This document shows positions 39,519-49,404 of a DNA stretch of 64,000 bases, in pieces; the first letter of the stretch is position 1, and each line of letters starts with the position of its first letter. The notes beneath the pieces were generated by a model. The model was not told where the DNA came from. It saw only the letters and a program-made list of their open reading frames with translations, and did no database searches. The stretch comes from an uncultured Actinomycetota bacterium (GTDB lineage Bacteria > Actinomycetota > UBA4738 > HRBIN12). The stretch lies in assembly GCA_963762015.1 (NCBI GenBank), contig CAVXJL010000002.1, positions 469,171 to 533,170 on the forward strand. Reading direction: 5' to 3'. Made by a program: the position numbers and the translations under genes.

Positions 39519-40793
39519 TCAGGAGGGTTGGGCGGCGCGAGCCCGGCGGAGCTCCGGGTAGGCGAGCGCGACGAGTCCCGCGCCGAGCACACAGGCGATC
39601 CCGCCGGAGACCACGCTGAACGTGGGCGAGACGAGGCGAGCGACCAGGCCGGCCTCGACGTCACCGAGTCGTGGTCCGCCCGTCACGACCAGGATGTGGA
39701 TCCCGAAGAGCCGACCCCGGAGGCGATCGGGTGCCGCGGTCTGCATGATCGTCACCCGGAAGATGGCGCTGATGACGTCTGCCCAACCAGCGACGGCGAG
39801 CATCGCAAGGCCGAACCACAGCGTTCCGGCCCACCCGAACGCCGCGATGGCCACGCCCCATCCCGCGACGGAGAGGATGACCGCGAGCCCTTGTCGGCGG
39901 ATCCGACCCGTCCAGCCGCTCGTGAGGGCTCCCAGAAGTGCTCCCACCGCCGGGGCTGCGAACAGGAGGCCGATGGCCTCCCGGGTGCGCTCGAACTGCT
40001 CCACGATGAGGAACGGGAAGAGCGCCCGAGGAAGCCCGAAGACCATAGCGATCAGGTCGATGGCGAAGGTCGACATGATGAGGCGATTCCTCCGTGCGAA
40101 CGAGAAGCCCTCGCGGATCGCCGACAGCCCCGTGTCGCGGTGATCGCCCGCCAGCGGTGGCATCGGATGCAACAGGGCAGCCGCCACGAGCATGCACCCG
40201 ATCGACGCCAGGTCGACCGCGTAGGCGACCGTGACTCCCCAGCGGGCGACGACCAACCCCGCCGCCGCGGGTCCCAACATCGCCGAGGTGTTCCAGACCA
40301 CCTGGTTCAGCGCCTGCGCGGCCGGCATCAGAGGCGCTCCGAGGAGTCGAGCAGTCATCGCGGACCGAGTGGGTCCATCGATCGCGCTGGCCGCGGCGAG
40401 GACCGCGAGTCCCGCGTAGACCAACCAGAGGGGCGGCTCGCCCGCGAGGGCGCCTCCGAGCAAGATCGCCGAGCCGGCGGCGAGACCCACCTGGGCGAAC
40501 ATCAAGAGCCGTCGACGATCCCAGGCATCCAGGACCGCGCCGCCGGCGAGGGTGCCGACCACCAGCCCGGCGACGTACGCGAGCCCCGTCGCCCCCACAG
40601 CCGCCGCCGAGCCGGTCAGCTCCTTCACCTGCACGAACACGGCAACCAACGTGAACTGGCTTCCCGCGGACGTGATCAAGAGCCCGGTCCAGACCAGACG
40701 GAAGTCTCGAGACACCCGAAGGGGCGTGAGGTCGATAGTGAGGCGGCGGCGCGCCTTCTCCCTACGCTCTGGCCGATCCGGCGTCTCCGTCAC
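39519..40793 (-). CDS. MFS transporter (EntS/MFS_3-like)
   Basis: 424 aa, about 12 TM. The N-terminus FRLVWTGLLITSAGSQF and the overall topology are typical of actinobacterial MFS_3 exporters. Confidence 0.82.
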   Translation of the reverse strand: MTETPDRPERREKARRRLTIDLTPLRVSRDFRLVWTGLLITSAGSQFTLVAVFVQVKELTGSAAAVGATGLAYVAGLVVGTLAGGAVLDAWDRRRLLMFAQVGLAAGSAILLGGALAGEPPLWLVYAGLAVLAAASAIDGPTRSAMTARLLGAPLMPAAQALNQVVWNTSAMLGPAAAGLVVARWGVTVAYAVDLASIGCMLVAAALLHPMPPLAGDHRDTGLSAIREGFSFARRNRLIMSTFAIDLIAMVFGLPRALFPFLIVEQFERTREAIGLLFAAPAVGALLGALTSGWTGRIRRQGLAVILSVAGWGVAIAAFGWAGTLWFGLAMLAVAGWADVISAIFRVTIMQTAAPDRLRGRLFGIHILVVTGGPRLGDVEAGLVARLVSPTFSVVSGGIACVLGAGLVALAYPELRRARAAQPS

Positions 40794-40891
40794 GGCCCCG
40801 AAGGTAGCAACCGCTTGCCGCGTCGCACGGCACCGCGCCTAGCCAGCCCAGACGGGAGGGGATATCCTCCCCTGAGGGGGAGGAATGTCGG

Positions 40892-41176
40892 ATGCCCAAG
40901 TTCCTCATCGATAGGAACTTCTCGAAGATCACCGAAGACGAGCTGGGGGAGTTCGCGAAGAACTCGAAGCGCATGGCGATCGAACGATTCCACGACGTCG
41001 TGTGGCATCACAGTCATGTCGTGATCGACCCCGACGGCGTCGTGCACACGTTCTGCATCTACAGCGCTCCGGACGAGACCCGGCTCCGCGCACACGCGGC
41101 GGCGTTCGGCGGGCACCAGATCGACAGCATCGCGATCATCGCCGGTGACGTCGATCCCGACGAGATCGTCGTCTAG
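40892..41176 (+). CDS. DUF4242-like small protein
   Basis: 94 aa. MPKFLIDRNF...ELGEFAKNSKRMAIERFHDVVWHHSHVV...FCIYSAPDETRLRAHAAAFG resembles the SCO4226/DUF4242 family. The SD GGGGGAGGA lies upstream. Confidence 0.55.
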   Translation: MPKFLIDRNFSKITEDELGEFAKNSKRMAIERFHDVVWHHSHVVIDPDGVVHTFCIYSAPDETRLRAHAAAFGGHQIDSIAIIAGDVDPDEIVV

Positions 41177-43266
41177 GGCTGCTCGGCGTCCCGCTCCCAG
41201 CGTAGGCGCCCCACATCGACGACCGCGTGCGACAGCCGCGTGTACGAGATCAGCCGTCGCACGGTGACGTCTTTGCGACGCGTGTCGTCTTCTGCCAACA
41301 GCCCGAGCGCGGCGCTGTAGAGCTCGACAGCGTGGTGGAAGGCGAGTTGCTCGTCCGCAAGCTCCGCGGCCGTGATCAGGTAGGGGAGGGCTCGATCCGA
41401 GTCTCCCGCCTCCCGCCAGTGATGGGCGAGGACCCAGGCGAGGTTCCGGGACCGATCGCCGGCTACCTCCTCGATGTACCGGGCGACGGCGGCGTGTCGT
41501 TGTTTGCGATCCGCGCGCGCGAGGGTCGCGTATGCCACTTCTCGGATCAAGATGTGCTTGAAGGAGAACTCCGCGTCGCCCTTCACCTGGCTCGACGGCT
41601 CCCGCCTGATGAGATCTCTCGATTCGAGAGCGCCGAGCGCGTCGTCGACGCCCTCGAGGTCCCCGAACGAGCGAAGGACCCCCGGCCAGAAGTGCTTGCC
41701 GACGACGGACGCCGCCAGGACCGCGGCCCGGGGCTCCGCGGGAAGGGCGTCGATGCGTGAGGCGATCGCGGCTCGGACCGTGGTGGGCAGCTCATCGGAC
41801 GGACCTCGATCCACGAGGGACGCAGCGAGCTCTTCGATGAACAAGGGGTTGCCCTCGGCGACCTCCACCAGCCGCTCGACCGACGACAGGTCCCCCTGAC
41901 CCGACAGGAGGTAGCTCGCGATCGAGGCCGAGTCGACTGGTGACAGTGCCTCAAGCGGGATCGTCGTGTGACCGAGGACCCCGCTGCCCCAGCCGGGTCT
42001 TACCTCGAGCAGCTCCGAGCGCGCCAGCGCGAGGAACACCGCGGGCGCATCCCGGACGTGAGATGCGAGGTATTCGAGCAGATCGAGCTGGGCCGGGTCC
42101 GCCCAGTGGATGTCTTCGAAGACGAACACGGTGGGCTGCTCGCGCGCGACCTGTTCGGCGAATCGACGAGCCGCGAAGTGCAGCTGGACGGGTTCCTCGG
42201 CCACGTCGTCCCCGGAGCCCGATCCGATCAGCGCCGCGAGGAGCCGGGCCGTCTCGTCCGCCTCCTCCTCTGACCCCATCAGCTCGTGAACCCTGGCCTT
42301 CAGTTTCTGCGAGGCATCCGATGCGGCGTCCGTCTCGAAGATCCCGGCCACCTGGCGGACCTGTTCGGAGAACGCTCGGTAGCCGGTCTGGCCGTACGGA
42401 AGGCAGCGCCCCTTGACGGCTCGCGCTCCGGTGGCCTCCGCCCGCGAAAGGATCTCGGACGAGATCCGCGATTTCCCGATCCCGGTCGGCCCCACCACCG
42501 TGATGAGGTGGGGCCGGAGCTCGGCGGCCGCGCGCTCCCAGATGGAGTCGACCAGGCTGAGCTCCCGCGACCGGCCGACCAGTGGGGCGGTCGTCGCCGG
42601 CCGCTCGGCCGGCGCTCCGATCGGTGCCAGCGCGAGCCATGCCTCGACCGGATCGCGCTTGCCCTTGGCGTCGACCGGCTCGAGCTCTTGGTAGCGGATC
42701 ACGTTCCGCGTGGCGCGATAGGTCTCCTCACCGACCACGAGACCTCCGATCGGGGCCGAGGTCTGGAGTCGCGAGGCGGTGTTCACGACGTCGCCAAGCG
42801 CCAGCGCCTCGCCCGAATCCGGGCGGGACCCCAGCGCGACGACCGCCTCGCCGGTGTTCACTCCCGCCCTGACCTGAAGCGGGCTCCCCGGCCGTCCTCG
42901 ATTCAGGTCCTCCATCGCGTGCACGACCCGCAGCCCTGCCCGGACGGCGCGCTCCGCGTCGTCCCCGTGGGCGACCGGCGCCCCGAAGACCGCCATCACG
43001 GCGTCGCCGATGAACTTCTCGACGGTTCCCCCGAACCGCTCGATCTCCTGCTTCGAGCGGGAGTGGAAGCCCTGCAGGGTATCCCGAACGTCCTCGGGGT
43101 CGGCCTTGTCCGATCGCGACGTGAAGCCGACCATGTCCACGAAGAGCACCGAGATGAGCTTCCGCTCCTCCCTGACGCGTTCCGGCGCGAGCAGCTCGGC
43201 GCCGCACGTCGGACAGAACGCGGCGTCGGGGGGCGGCTCTCGCCCGCAATTCGGGCACGCTTGCAT
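41173..43266 (-). CDS. Zinc-ribbon + class III adenylate/guanylate cyclase + AAA/STAND ATPase + helical-repeat protein
   Basis: 697 aa. Zinc ribbon: CPNCGREPPPDAAFCPTCGAEL. Cyclase: ISVLFVDMVGFTSRS...KFIGDAVMAVFGAP...RAGVNTGEAVV. P-loop: VVGPTGIGKSR. The C-terminus has TPR-like helices, and no C-terminal HTH is visible. Confidence 0.85.
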   Translation of the reverse strand: MQACPNCGREPPPDAAFCPTCGAELLAPERVREERKLISVLFVDMVGFTSRSDKADPEDVRDTLQGFHSRSKQEIERFGGTVEKFIGDAVMAVFGAPVAHGDDAERAVRAGLRVVHAMEDLNRGRPGSPLQVRAGVNTGEAVVALGSRPDSGEALALGDVVNTASRLQTSAPIGGLVVGEETYRATRNVIRYQELEPVDAKGKRDPVEAWLALAPIGAPAERPATTAPLVGRSRELSLVDSIWERAAAELRPHLITVVGPTGIGKSRISSEILSRAEATGARAVKGRCLPYGQTGYRAFSEQVRQVAGIFETDAASDASQKLKARVHELMGSEEEADETARLLAALIGSGSGDDVAEEPVQLHFAARRFAEQVAREQPTVFVFEDIHWADPAQLDLLEYLASHVRDAPAVFLALARSELLEVRPGWGSGVLGHTTIPLEALSPVDSASIASYLLSGQGDLSSVERLVEVAEGNPLFIEELAASLVDRGPSDELPTTVRAAIASRIDALPAEPRAAVLAASVVGKHFWPGVLRSFGDLEGVDDALGALESRDLIRREPSSQVKGDAEFSFKHILIREVAYATLARADRKQRHAAVARYIEEVAGDRSRNLAWVLAHHWREAGDSDRALPYLITAAELADEQLAFHHAVELYSAALGLLAEDDTRRKDVTVRRLISYTRLSHAVVDVGRLRWERDAEQP

Positions 43267-43323
43267 GGAGCGAATCTTAGGTCCGGCGGAGGCTCGGGCG
43301 GCAGAAGCCGCTTCGGACGGGTC

Positions 43324-44671
43324 TCAGCCGGTCGTCGCGGCGAACGCTTCCTCGAGCAGGTCAAGACCCTCGTCGAGCAGACCGTCTTCGATCGTGATCG
43401 GAGGCAGGAGGCGGACAACGTTCCCGTAGGTCCCTGCGGTCAAGACGATCAGGCCCCGCTCCAGGGCGGACCGGGCCAGCGCGTTCATCGTGGCACTGTC
43501 GAGCGGTTCCTTCGTGGCGCGGTCGGCGACGAGCTCCATCGCCCGCATCGCGCCGCGGCCCCGCACGTCGCCGACCGCGCCGAACCGTTGCTCGAAGCCG
43601 CGCAGTCGCCCTTCGATCGTCTCGCCGACGCCGCGAGCCCGATCGAGGAGCCCCTCCATCTCGATCTTGTCGAGCACGGCGAGCGCCGCGGCTGCCGCGA
43701 CTGGGTTCCCGCCGTAGGTGCCTCCGAGTCCGCCGACGTGCACGCTGTCCATGAGCTCGGCACGGCCGGTGACCGCCGAGATCGGCAGGCCTCCGCCCAG
43801 CGATTTCGCGCACAGCACGATGTCGGGGACGACGCCCTCGTCCTCGATCGCGAACCATCGGCCGGCACGGCCCATCCCCGACTGGATCTCGTCGGCGATG
43901 AAGACGATGCCGTTCGCGGCGGCGAACTCGGCGAGGCCGGCGATGAACCCCGGCGCCGGCACGACGAACCCACCCTCGCCCTGGATCGGCTCGATCAGGA
44001 TCGCGGCGATGTTCTCCTCGCCGATGTGCTTGTGCATCTCGTCCAGTGCGTAGGCGAGACAGGACTCGGCGCACGTCTCCGGGGTGCCGCCGGTCGGGCA
44101 CCGGTACGGGTAGGCGAGGGGCAGCCGGTAGATCTCCGGAGCGAACGGCCCCATGCCCTGCTTGTACGGCATCACCTTGGCCGTCAAGGACATGGCCATC
44201 AGCGTGCGGCCGTGGAACGCATGGTCGAACACGACGATCCCCGCACGGCTCGTGTGCTTCCGCGCGATCTTCACCGCGTTCTCGACGGCCTCCGCACCGG
44301 AGTTCGCGAACATCGTCTTCTTCTCGTGGTCTCCGGGGGTGAGCGCGTTGAGGCGCTCGGCGAGTTCGATGTAGGGCTCGTTCGCGGTCACGTGGAAGCA
44401 CGTGTGGGTGTCGAGCTCGAGCTGCCGCTGGGCGGCCGCCACGACCTCGGGGGCCGCGTGTCCGATGTTGAGCACCGAGATGCCAGTGGCGAAGTCGATC
44501 AAGCCGGTTCCCGTCGACGTCTTCGACGATCGCGCCCGCCGCGCGAGCGGTCACGATCGGGTGGAGGTTCGCGACGCCCTGGGGGACGGCGGCGTCGCGC
44601 CGCGCGAACCACTCGCGTGACCGCGGCCCCGGGATCTCGGTGACGAGCTTCCGCTCCTGCGGGATGTCCAT
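43324..44671 (-). pseudogene. gabT: 4-aminobutyrate/class-III aminotransferase with one frame break (frameshift or sequencing error)
   Basis: The N-terminal frame reads MDIPQERKLVTEIPGPRSREWFARRDAAVPQGV...AIVEDVDGNR (ATG at 44671). The shifted frame reads (L)IDFATGISVLNIGHAAPEVV...DEIQSGMGRAGRWFA...KSLGGGLP... (track ORF 43324..44502). Removing one T/A at 44501-44502 restores ...DGNRLIDFATG.... Confidence 0.8.
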
Positions 44672-44821
44672 GACAGGTCCTCCGTCGGTCGGTCTTCTCG
44701 TCTGCTGCCGCCTCGCCCGGGAGTATCGTGCCCCGCCCACGCCGTTGTCAGCCCGCTCGCGGAGGCGGAAGCGGGCAAGGACCCGGAAGCGTGATCGGCC
44801 GGGCCGCGCGACACTTGGCCG

Positions 44822-45289
44822 GTGTCGATCGACGCCCCTTCAGGCCCGGAATCCCTCGACTTCTGGCTCGGCGAGTGGACCTGTACCTGGGACGGCGGCG
44901 AGGGCCGCAATCGTGTGACCAAGGAGATGGACGGCCGGGTAGTCGTCGAGCGCTTCGAGTCCCTCGAGCCCGAGCGTTGGTCGGGGATGAGCGTCAGCGT
45001 GTTCGACGAACGACAGGGATGGCGCCAGACGTGGGTCGATTCAACCGGAAACTACTGGGCCCTCCTCGGGTCGCCCCAGACCGAAGGGTTCTCTTTCTCC
45101 GTGACAGAGGAGGAGGAGGACGGCAGCGAGGTGGAGAAGCGGATGGTCTTCTCGAACGTCGAGGCCGACGCGTTCGATTGGCGGTGGGAACGTTCCGAGG
45201 ACGGCGGCGAGACCTGGACGAAGCTCTGGTTCATCGACTATCGCCGATCGACCGGGGGGCCTCTAGACGCCGTGGGCGACGACCCGTGA
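44822..45289 (+). CDS. Hypothetical protein, DUF1579-like
   Basis: 155 aa. LDFWLGEWTCTWDGG...GMSVSVFDERQGWRQTWVDSTGNYWAL...FDWRWERSEDGGETWTKLWFIDYRR has the W-rich beta pattern of DUF1579-type proteins. Confidence 0.5.
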   Translation: MSIDAPSGPESLDFWLGEWTCTWDGGEGRNRVTKEMDGRVVVERFESLEPERWSGMSVSVFDERQGWRQTWVDSTGNYWALLGSPQTEGFSFSVTEEEEDGSEVEKRMVFSNVEADAFDWRWERSEDGGETWTKLWFIDYRRSTGGPLDAVGDDP

Positions 45290-45295
45290 TCGCAA

Positions 45296-45378
45296 GGAAC
45301 CGGTAGGAACGGCACGGAACCGGCACCGTTCGGCAAGAACCCGCTAGCTCCGCGGCTCGCGGTTCCTAGCGTGGTTCC
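45296..45378 (+). promoter_or_regulatory. Array of phased GGAAC repeats (three direct at 10-nt spacing, one degenerate, two inverted) upstream of the permease gene
   Basis: GGAAC occurs at 45296, 45306 and 45316, and AGAAC at 45336. Inverted GGTTCC occurs at 45361-45366 and 45373-45378, the latter overlapping the GTG start at 45371. Confidence 0.35.
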
Positions 45379-46349
45379 CGTGCTCCGGTACATCGCGCGC
45401 CGGCTGCTCTACTCCGTCCTCGTGCTGGTCGTCATCTCGATCCTCACGTTCCTGATCTTCGTGAAGCTCCCGTCCGGAGATCCGGCCAGGCGCGCCGCTG
45501 GCCGGAGGACTGATCCCCGAGCAGATCGCGAATGCGAGGGAGGCGTTCGGGCTCGACAAGCCGTTGATCGTCCAGTACGGCCGGTTCGCGAAGGGCCTCA
45601 TCCCTCTTCCGAACACCTTCCTCTCGGAGGACGTCTACTACTCCTTCTCGAACTACCTACCGGTGCGCGAGGAGATCTGGCGCAGGCTTCCCGTCTCGGC
45701 GATCCTCGGTACGGGGGCTGCCGTCCTCTGGCTCGTGGTCGGCGTACCGCTCGGCATCGCATCTGGGGTTCGGCCGCGGTCGCTGACCGCCCGGTGGACG
45801 ATGATCATGGCGATCGTCGGCGTGTCGCTCCCTGTGTTCTGGCTCGGTCAGCTGCTGCTGTACTTCGTGTGGTTCAAGCTCCACCTCGCCCCCTCGAGCG
45901 GCCTGCAGATCAACGCGAGCGTGTGGGGCAGTGCGCTCCAGGGGAAGTTCATCCTTCCCTGGATCACCGTCGCGGTCGGGTACGCGGCCGTCTACGCCAG
46001 GATGCTCCGGAGCAACATGATCGAGACCACGAGCGAGGACTACATCCGGACCGCTCGCGCGAAGGGACTCTCTGAGCGCCGCGTGGTGTACAAGCACGCG
46101 CTTCGCGGGGCCCTCACGCCGATCGTGACGATGCTCGGGATCGACTTCGCCACGATCCTGGCGGGTCTGGTCATCACCGAGACGCTCTTCGGTCTCCCCG
46201 GACTCGGGCAGCTCGCCGTCAGTTCGATCTTCAGCAACGACTTCCCCATGGTGATGGGGGTGACCGTCATCGGTTCGATGTTCATCCTGGCAGCCAACAT
46301 CGTGGTGGATGTCGCGTACGCGTTCCTCGATCCGCGCGTCCGGTACTGA
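45371..46349 (+). pseudogene. DppB/OppB-type ABC peptide/nickel permease with one frame break; no partner transporter genes adjacent
   Basis: Frame 1 reads MVPVLRYIARRLLYSVLVLVVISILTFLIFVKLPSGDPAR. Frame 2 continues ...LAGGLIPEQIANAREAFGLDKPLIVQYGRFAKGLI...SEDYIRTARAKGLSERRVVYKHALR...DPRVRY*. The break is near 45486-45504. Confidence 0.75.
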
Positions 46350-46496
46350 GGCACGTCGCCGAGGAGGCCTTCCACCGGAGGCGTTCCCGTCGGACCGATG
46401 GCCGGGTCGCCCCTATCCGGCGGATGTCGCATACTGGCGAGCTGAACGGTGGTGCAGGAGCCGTCGCCCACGCGGACGGCCGAGCGAGGAGGGGAC

Positions 46497-47934
46497 ATGG
46501 CGGACGCCTATCAGATGTTCATCAACGGCGAGTGGGTGAACTCGTCGGACGGACAGACCCGCGACGTGATCAACCCCGCGACCGGCGAGGTGCTCGCCAC
46601 CGTCCAGGAGGGCACCAAGGAGGACGCGGACCGCGCCGTCGCCGCCGCGAGGCGGGCGTTCGAGGGCGACTGGTTCGACTCCACGCCGAAGGACCGGCAG
46701 CTCGCGCTGCTCAAGTTCGCCGACGCGATCGAAGAGAACGCCGACGAGATCGTGAAGCTCGAGGCGCAGAACGTCGGCAAGCCGGCCGCCGTGACGCTCT
46801 CGGAGGAGATCCCGCCGATCGTCGACAACCTCCGGTTCTTCGCGGGCGCGGCGCGCACGATGGAGGGCCGGGCGGCGGGGGAGTACATGGCCGGGTTCAC
46901 CAGCTACGTCCGGCGTGAGCCGATCGGCGTCGCCGGCCTGATCGCGCCGTGGAACTACCCGCTGATGATGGCGATCTGGAAGATCGGTCCCGCGCTCGCC
47001 ACCGGGAACACGATCGTGCTGAAGCCCTCGGAGATGACGCCGCTGACGGCGCTGAAGCTCGCGGAGCTCACGGCGGACATCCTGCCGCCCGGCGTCTTCA
47101 ACGTCGTGACCGGCGACGGCGTCCCCGTCGGCGACACGATCGTGCGGCACCCGGACGTCGGGATCGTGTCCCTCACCGGGGACACGGCGACGGGCAAGCT
47201 GATCGCGGCGAACTCCGCGGAGACGCTGAAGCGGGTGCACCTGGAGCTCGGCGGCAAGGCGCCGTTCATCGTGTTCGACGACGCCGACATGGAGCAGGTC
47301 ATCGAGTTCATCAAGATCGGTGGCTACTTCAACTCCGGCCAGGACTGCACGGCGTCTGCCCGGATCCTCGTCGGTTCGGGCGCCTACGAGAACGTCCTGG
47401 CGGAGCTGGTGCCGGCGGTCGAGTCGATCAAGGTCGGCGACCCGTTCTCGGACGACACCGAGATGGGCTCGATGGTCTCGAAGGAGCAGCTCGAGCGGGT
47501 CACCGGCTTCGTGCAGCGGGCCGAAGAGGCCGGCGGCAAGGTCCTGACCGGCGGCAAGGCCATCGACCAGCAGGGGCTACTGGTACAGCCCCACGGTCGT
47601 GAGCGAGGTCGGCCAGGACTCCGAGATCATCCAGAAGGAGGTCTTCGGTCCGGTCGTCACGGTGCAACGGTTCGACGACGAGGCGCAGGCCCTCGAGTGG
47701 GCGAACGGCGTGCCCTACGGATTGTCGAGCTCCGTGTGGACCCGGGACGTGGGCCGGGCGCACCGGATGGCGCGCAAGCTCCAGTTCGGCTGCGTGTGGA
47801 TCAACACCCACATCCCGCTCACGCCGGAGATGCCGCACGGCGGGTACAAGCAGTCCGGCCACGGCAAGGACATGTCGGTGTACTCGCTCGAGGACTACAC
47901 GAACATCAAGCACGTGATGGTGTCGCTCGACTGA
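46497..47934 (+). pseudogene. Aldehyde dehydrogenase A, copy 1 (aminobutyraldehyde/betaine-aldehyde DH-like), frame-broken at a G run
   Basis: The sequence matches copy 2 until CAGCAGGGGCTAC (G run 47573-47576), where copy 2 has CAGCAGGGCTAC. The remainder of the protein is found in track ORF 47599..47934. Catalytic motifs LELGGKAP and FNSGQDCTA are present. Confidence 0.8.
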
Positions 47935-47968
47935 GACGCACACCCCGGAAAACGAAGGCGGTGAGGAC

Positions 47969-49395
47969 ATGGCCGTGAGGCCCTATCTGGTGAACGGCGA
48001 GTGGCGCACGGGCGAGGGCACGTTCGAGGTCCACAGCCCCTACGACGACAGCGTCGTCGCCGAGATCGGTGTGCCGACCGAGGCCGACGTCGAGGAAGCG
48101 GCGGCCACGGCGCACGAGACCTTCAAGGAGTCGTCGAAGCTCCCGATCCACGCCCGCTCGGAAGCGCTCGACCACATCTCGAAGCGGCTCGGCGAGACGA
48201 TCGAAGAGAACGCGAAGCTGATCGCGCAGGAAGGCGGCAAGCCCCTCAAGTGGGCCACGGTCGAGGCGACGCGCGCCGTCTCGACGTTCCGCTGGGCCTC
48301 GGAGGTGATCCGGCACGGGGACGACGAGCTCATGCGGCTGGACACCGAGGCGGCCCTGGGCTCCCGGGTGGGCCTCATCCGGCGGTTCCCGGTCGGGCCG
48401 GTCCTCGGCATCACCCCGTTCAACTTCCCGCTGAACCTCGTGGCGCACAAGGTCGCGCCCTCGCTCGCCGTCGGCGCCCCGATCGTCGTGAAGCCCGCGA
48501 GCGCCACCCCGATCGGCTCGCTCCGCCTGGCGGAGTTCTTCGCCGAGACCGACCTGCCGAAGGGGATGTATCAGGTCCTGCCGGTGTCCTCGAAGGTCGC
48601 CGACGGCATGGCCCGCGACGACCGGTACCGCAAGATCTCGTTCACCGGCTCCGCGGAGATCGGCTGGTACCTCAAGGGGCTCGACCCGAAGAAGCGCGTG
48701 ACGCTCGAGCTCGGCGGGAACGCCGGCGTGATCGTCCACGCCGACGCCGACCTCGACTTCGCCGCCCAGCGGGTCGCCTACGGCGGCTACTACCAGGCCG
48801 GGCAGAGCTGCATCAGCGTGCAGCGGGTGCTGGTGTCCTCCGAGGTCTACGAGGACTTCTCGTCGCGCCTCGTGAAGCAGATCGAGAGCCTGAAGGTCGG
48901 CGATCCGATGGACCCGACCGTCGACGTCGGGCCCGTGATCCAGCGGAAAGAGGTGGACCGGCTCTCCGAGTGGGTGAAGGAGGCCGTGTCGCAGGGCGCC
49001 GAGGTGCTCACCGGCGGTGAGGGCGACGGACCGTTCTTCCAGCCGACGTTGCTGTCCAACGTCACCCCCGAGATGAAGGTCTGTCGCGAAGAGGTGTTCG
49101 GGCCGGTCGTGACGATCAGCCCGTACGAGACCTTCGAGGACGCGCTCAAGATCGTGAACGATTCGAAGTACGGCCTGCAGGCGGGCGTGTTCACCAACGA
49201 CATCAACCGCGCGTTCGCGGCGCACCAGGCCTCGAGGTCGGCGGCATCATCGTCAACGACGTCTCGGCGTTCCGAGCCGACCAGATGCCGTACGGCGGCT
49301 CCAAGGAGTCGGGCTTCGGTCGTGAAGGGCTGAAGTACGCGATGGAGGAGATGACCGAGCCCCGGATCATGGTGCTCTCCCACATCCCCCTCTAG
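47969..49395 (+). pseudogene. Aldehyde dehydrogenase B, copy 1, frame-broken at a C run
   Basis: The product is identical in outline to copy 2 up to ...NRAFAAHQA. Copy 1 reads CAGGCCTCGAGG (CC at 49230-49231) where copy 2 reads CAGGCCCTCGAGG. The true C-terminus ...MVLSHIPL* ends at TAG 49393-49395 in the shifted frame. Confidence 0.8.
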
Positions 49396-49404
49396 GGAGA
49401 GAGC

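Noticed and set aside
40845-40870. The imperfect palindrome GGGAGGGGATATCCTCCCC just upstream of the DUF4242-like gene, considered as an operator.
   Set aside because: It has two mismatches in 9 pairs, it overlaps a purine-rich SD-like stretch, and there is no adjacent regulator gene. The evidence is insufficient.
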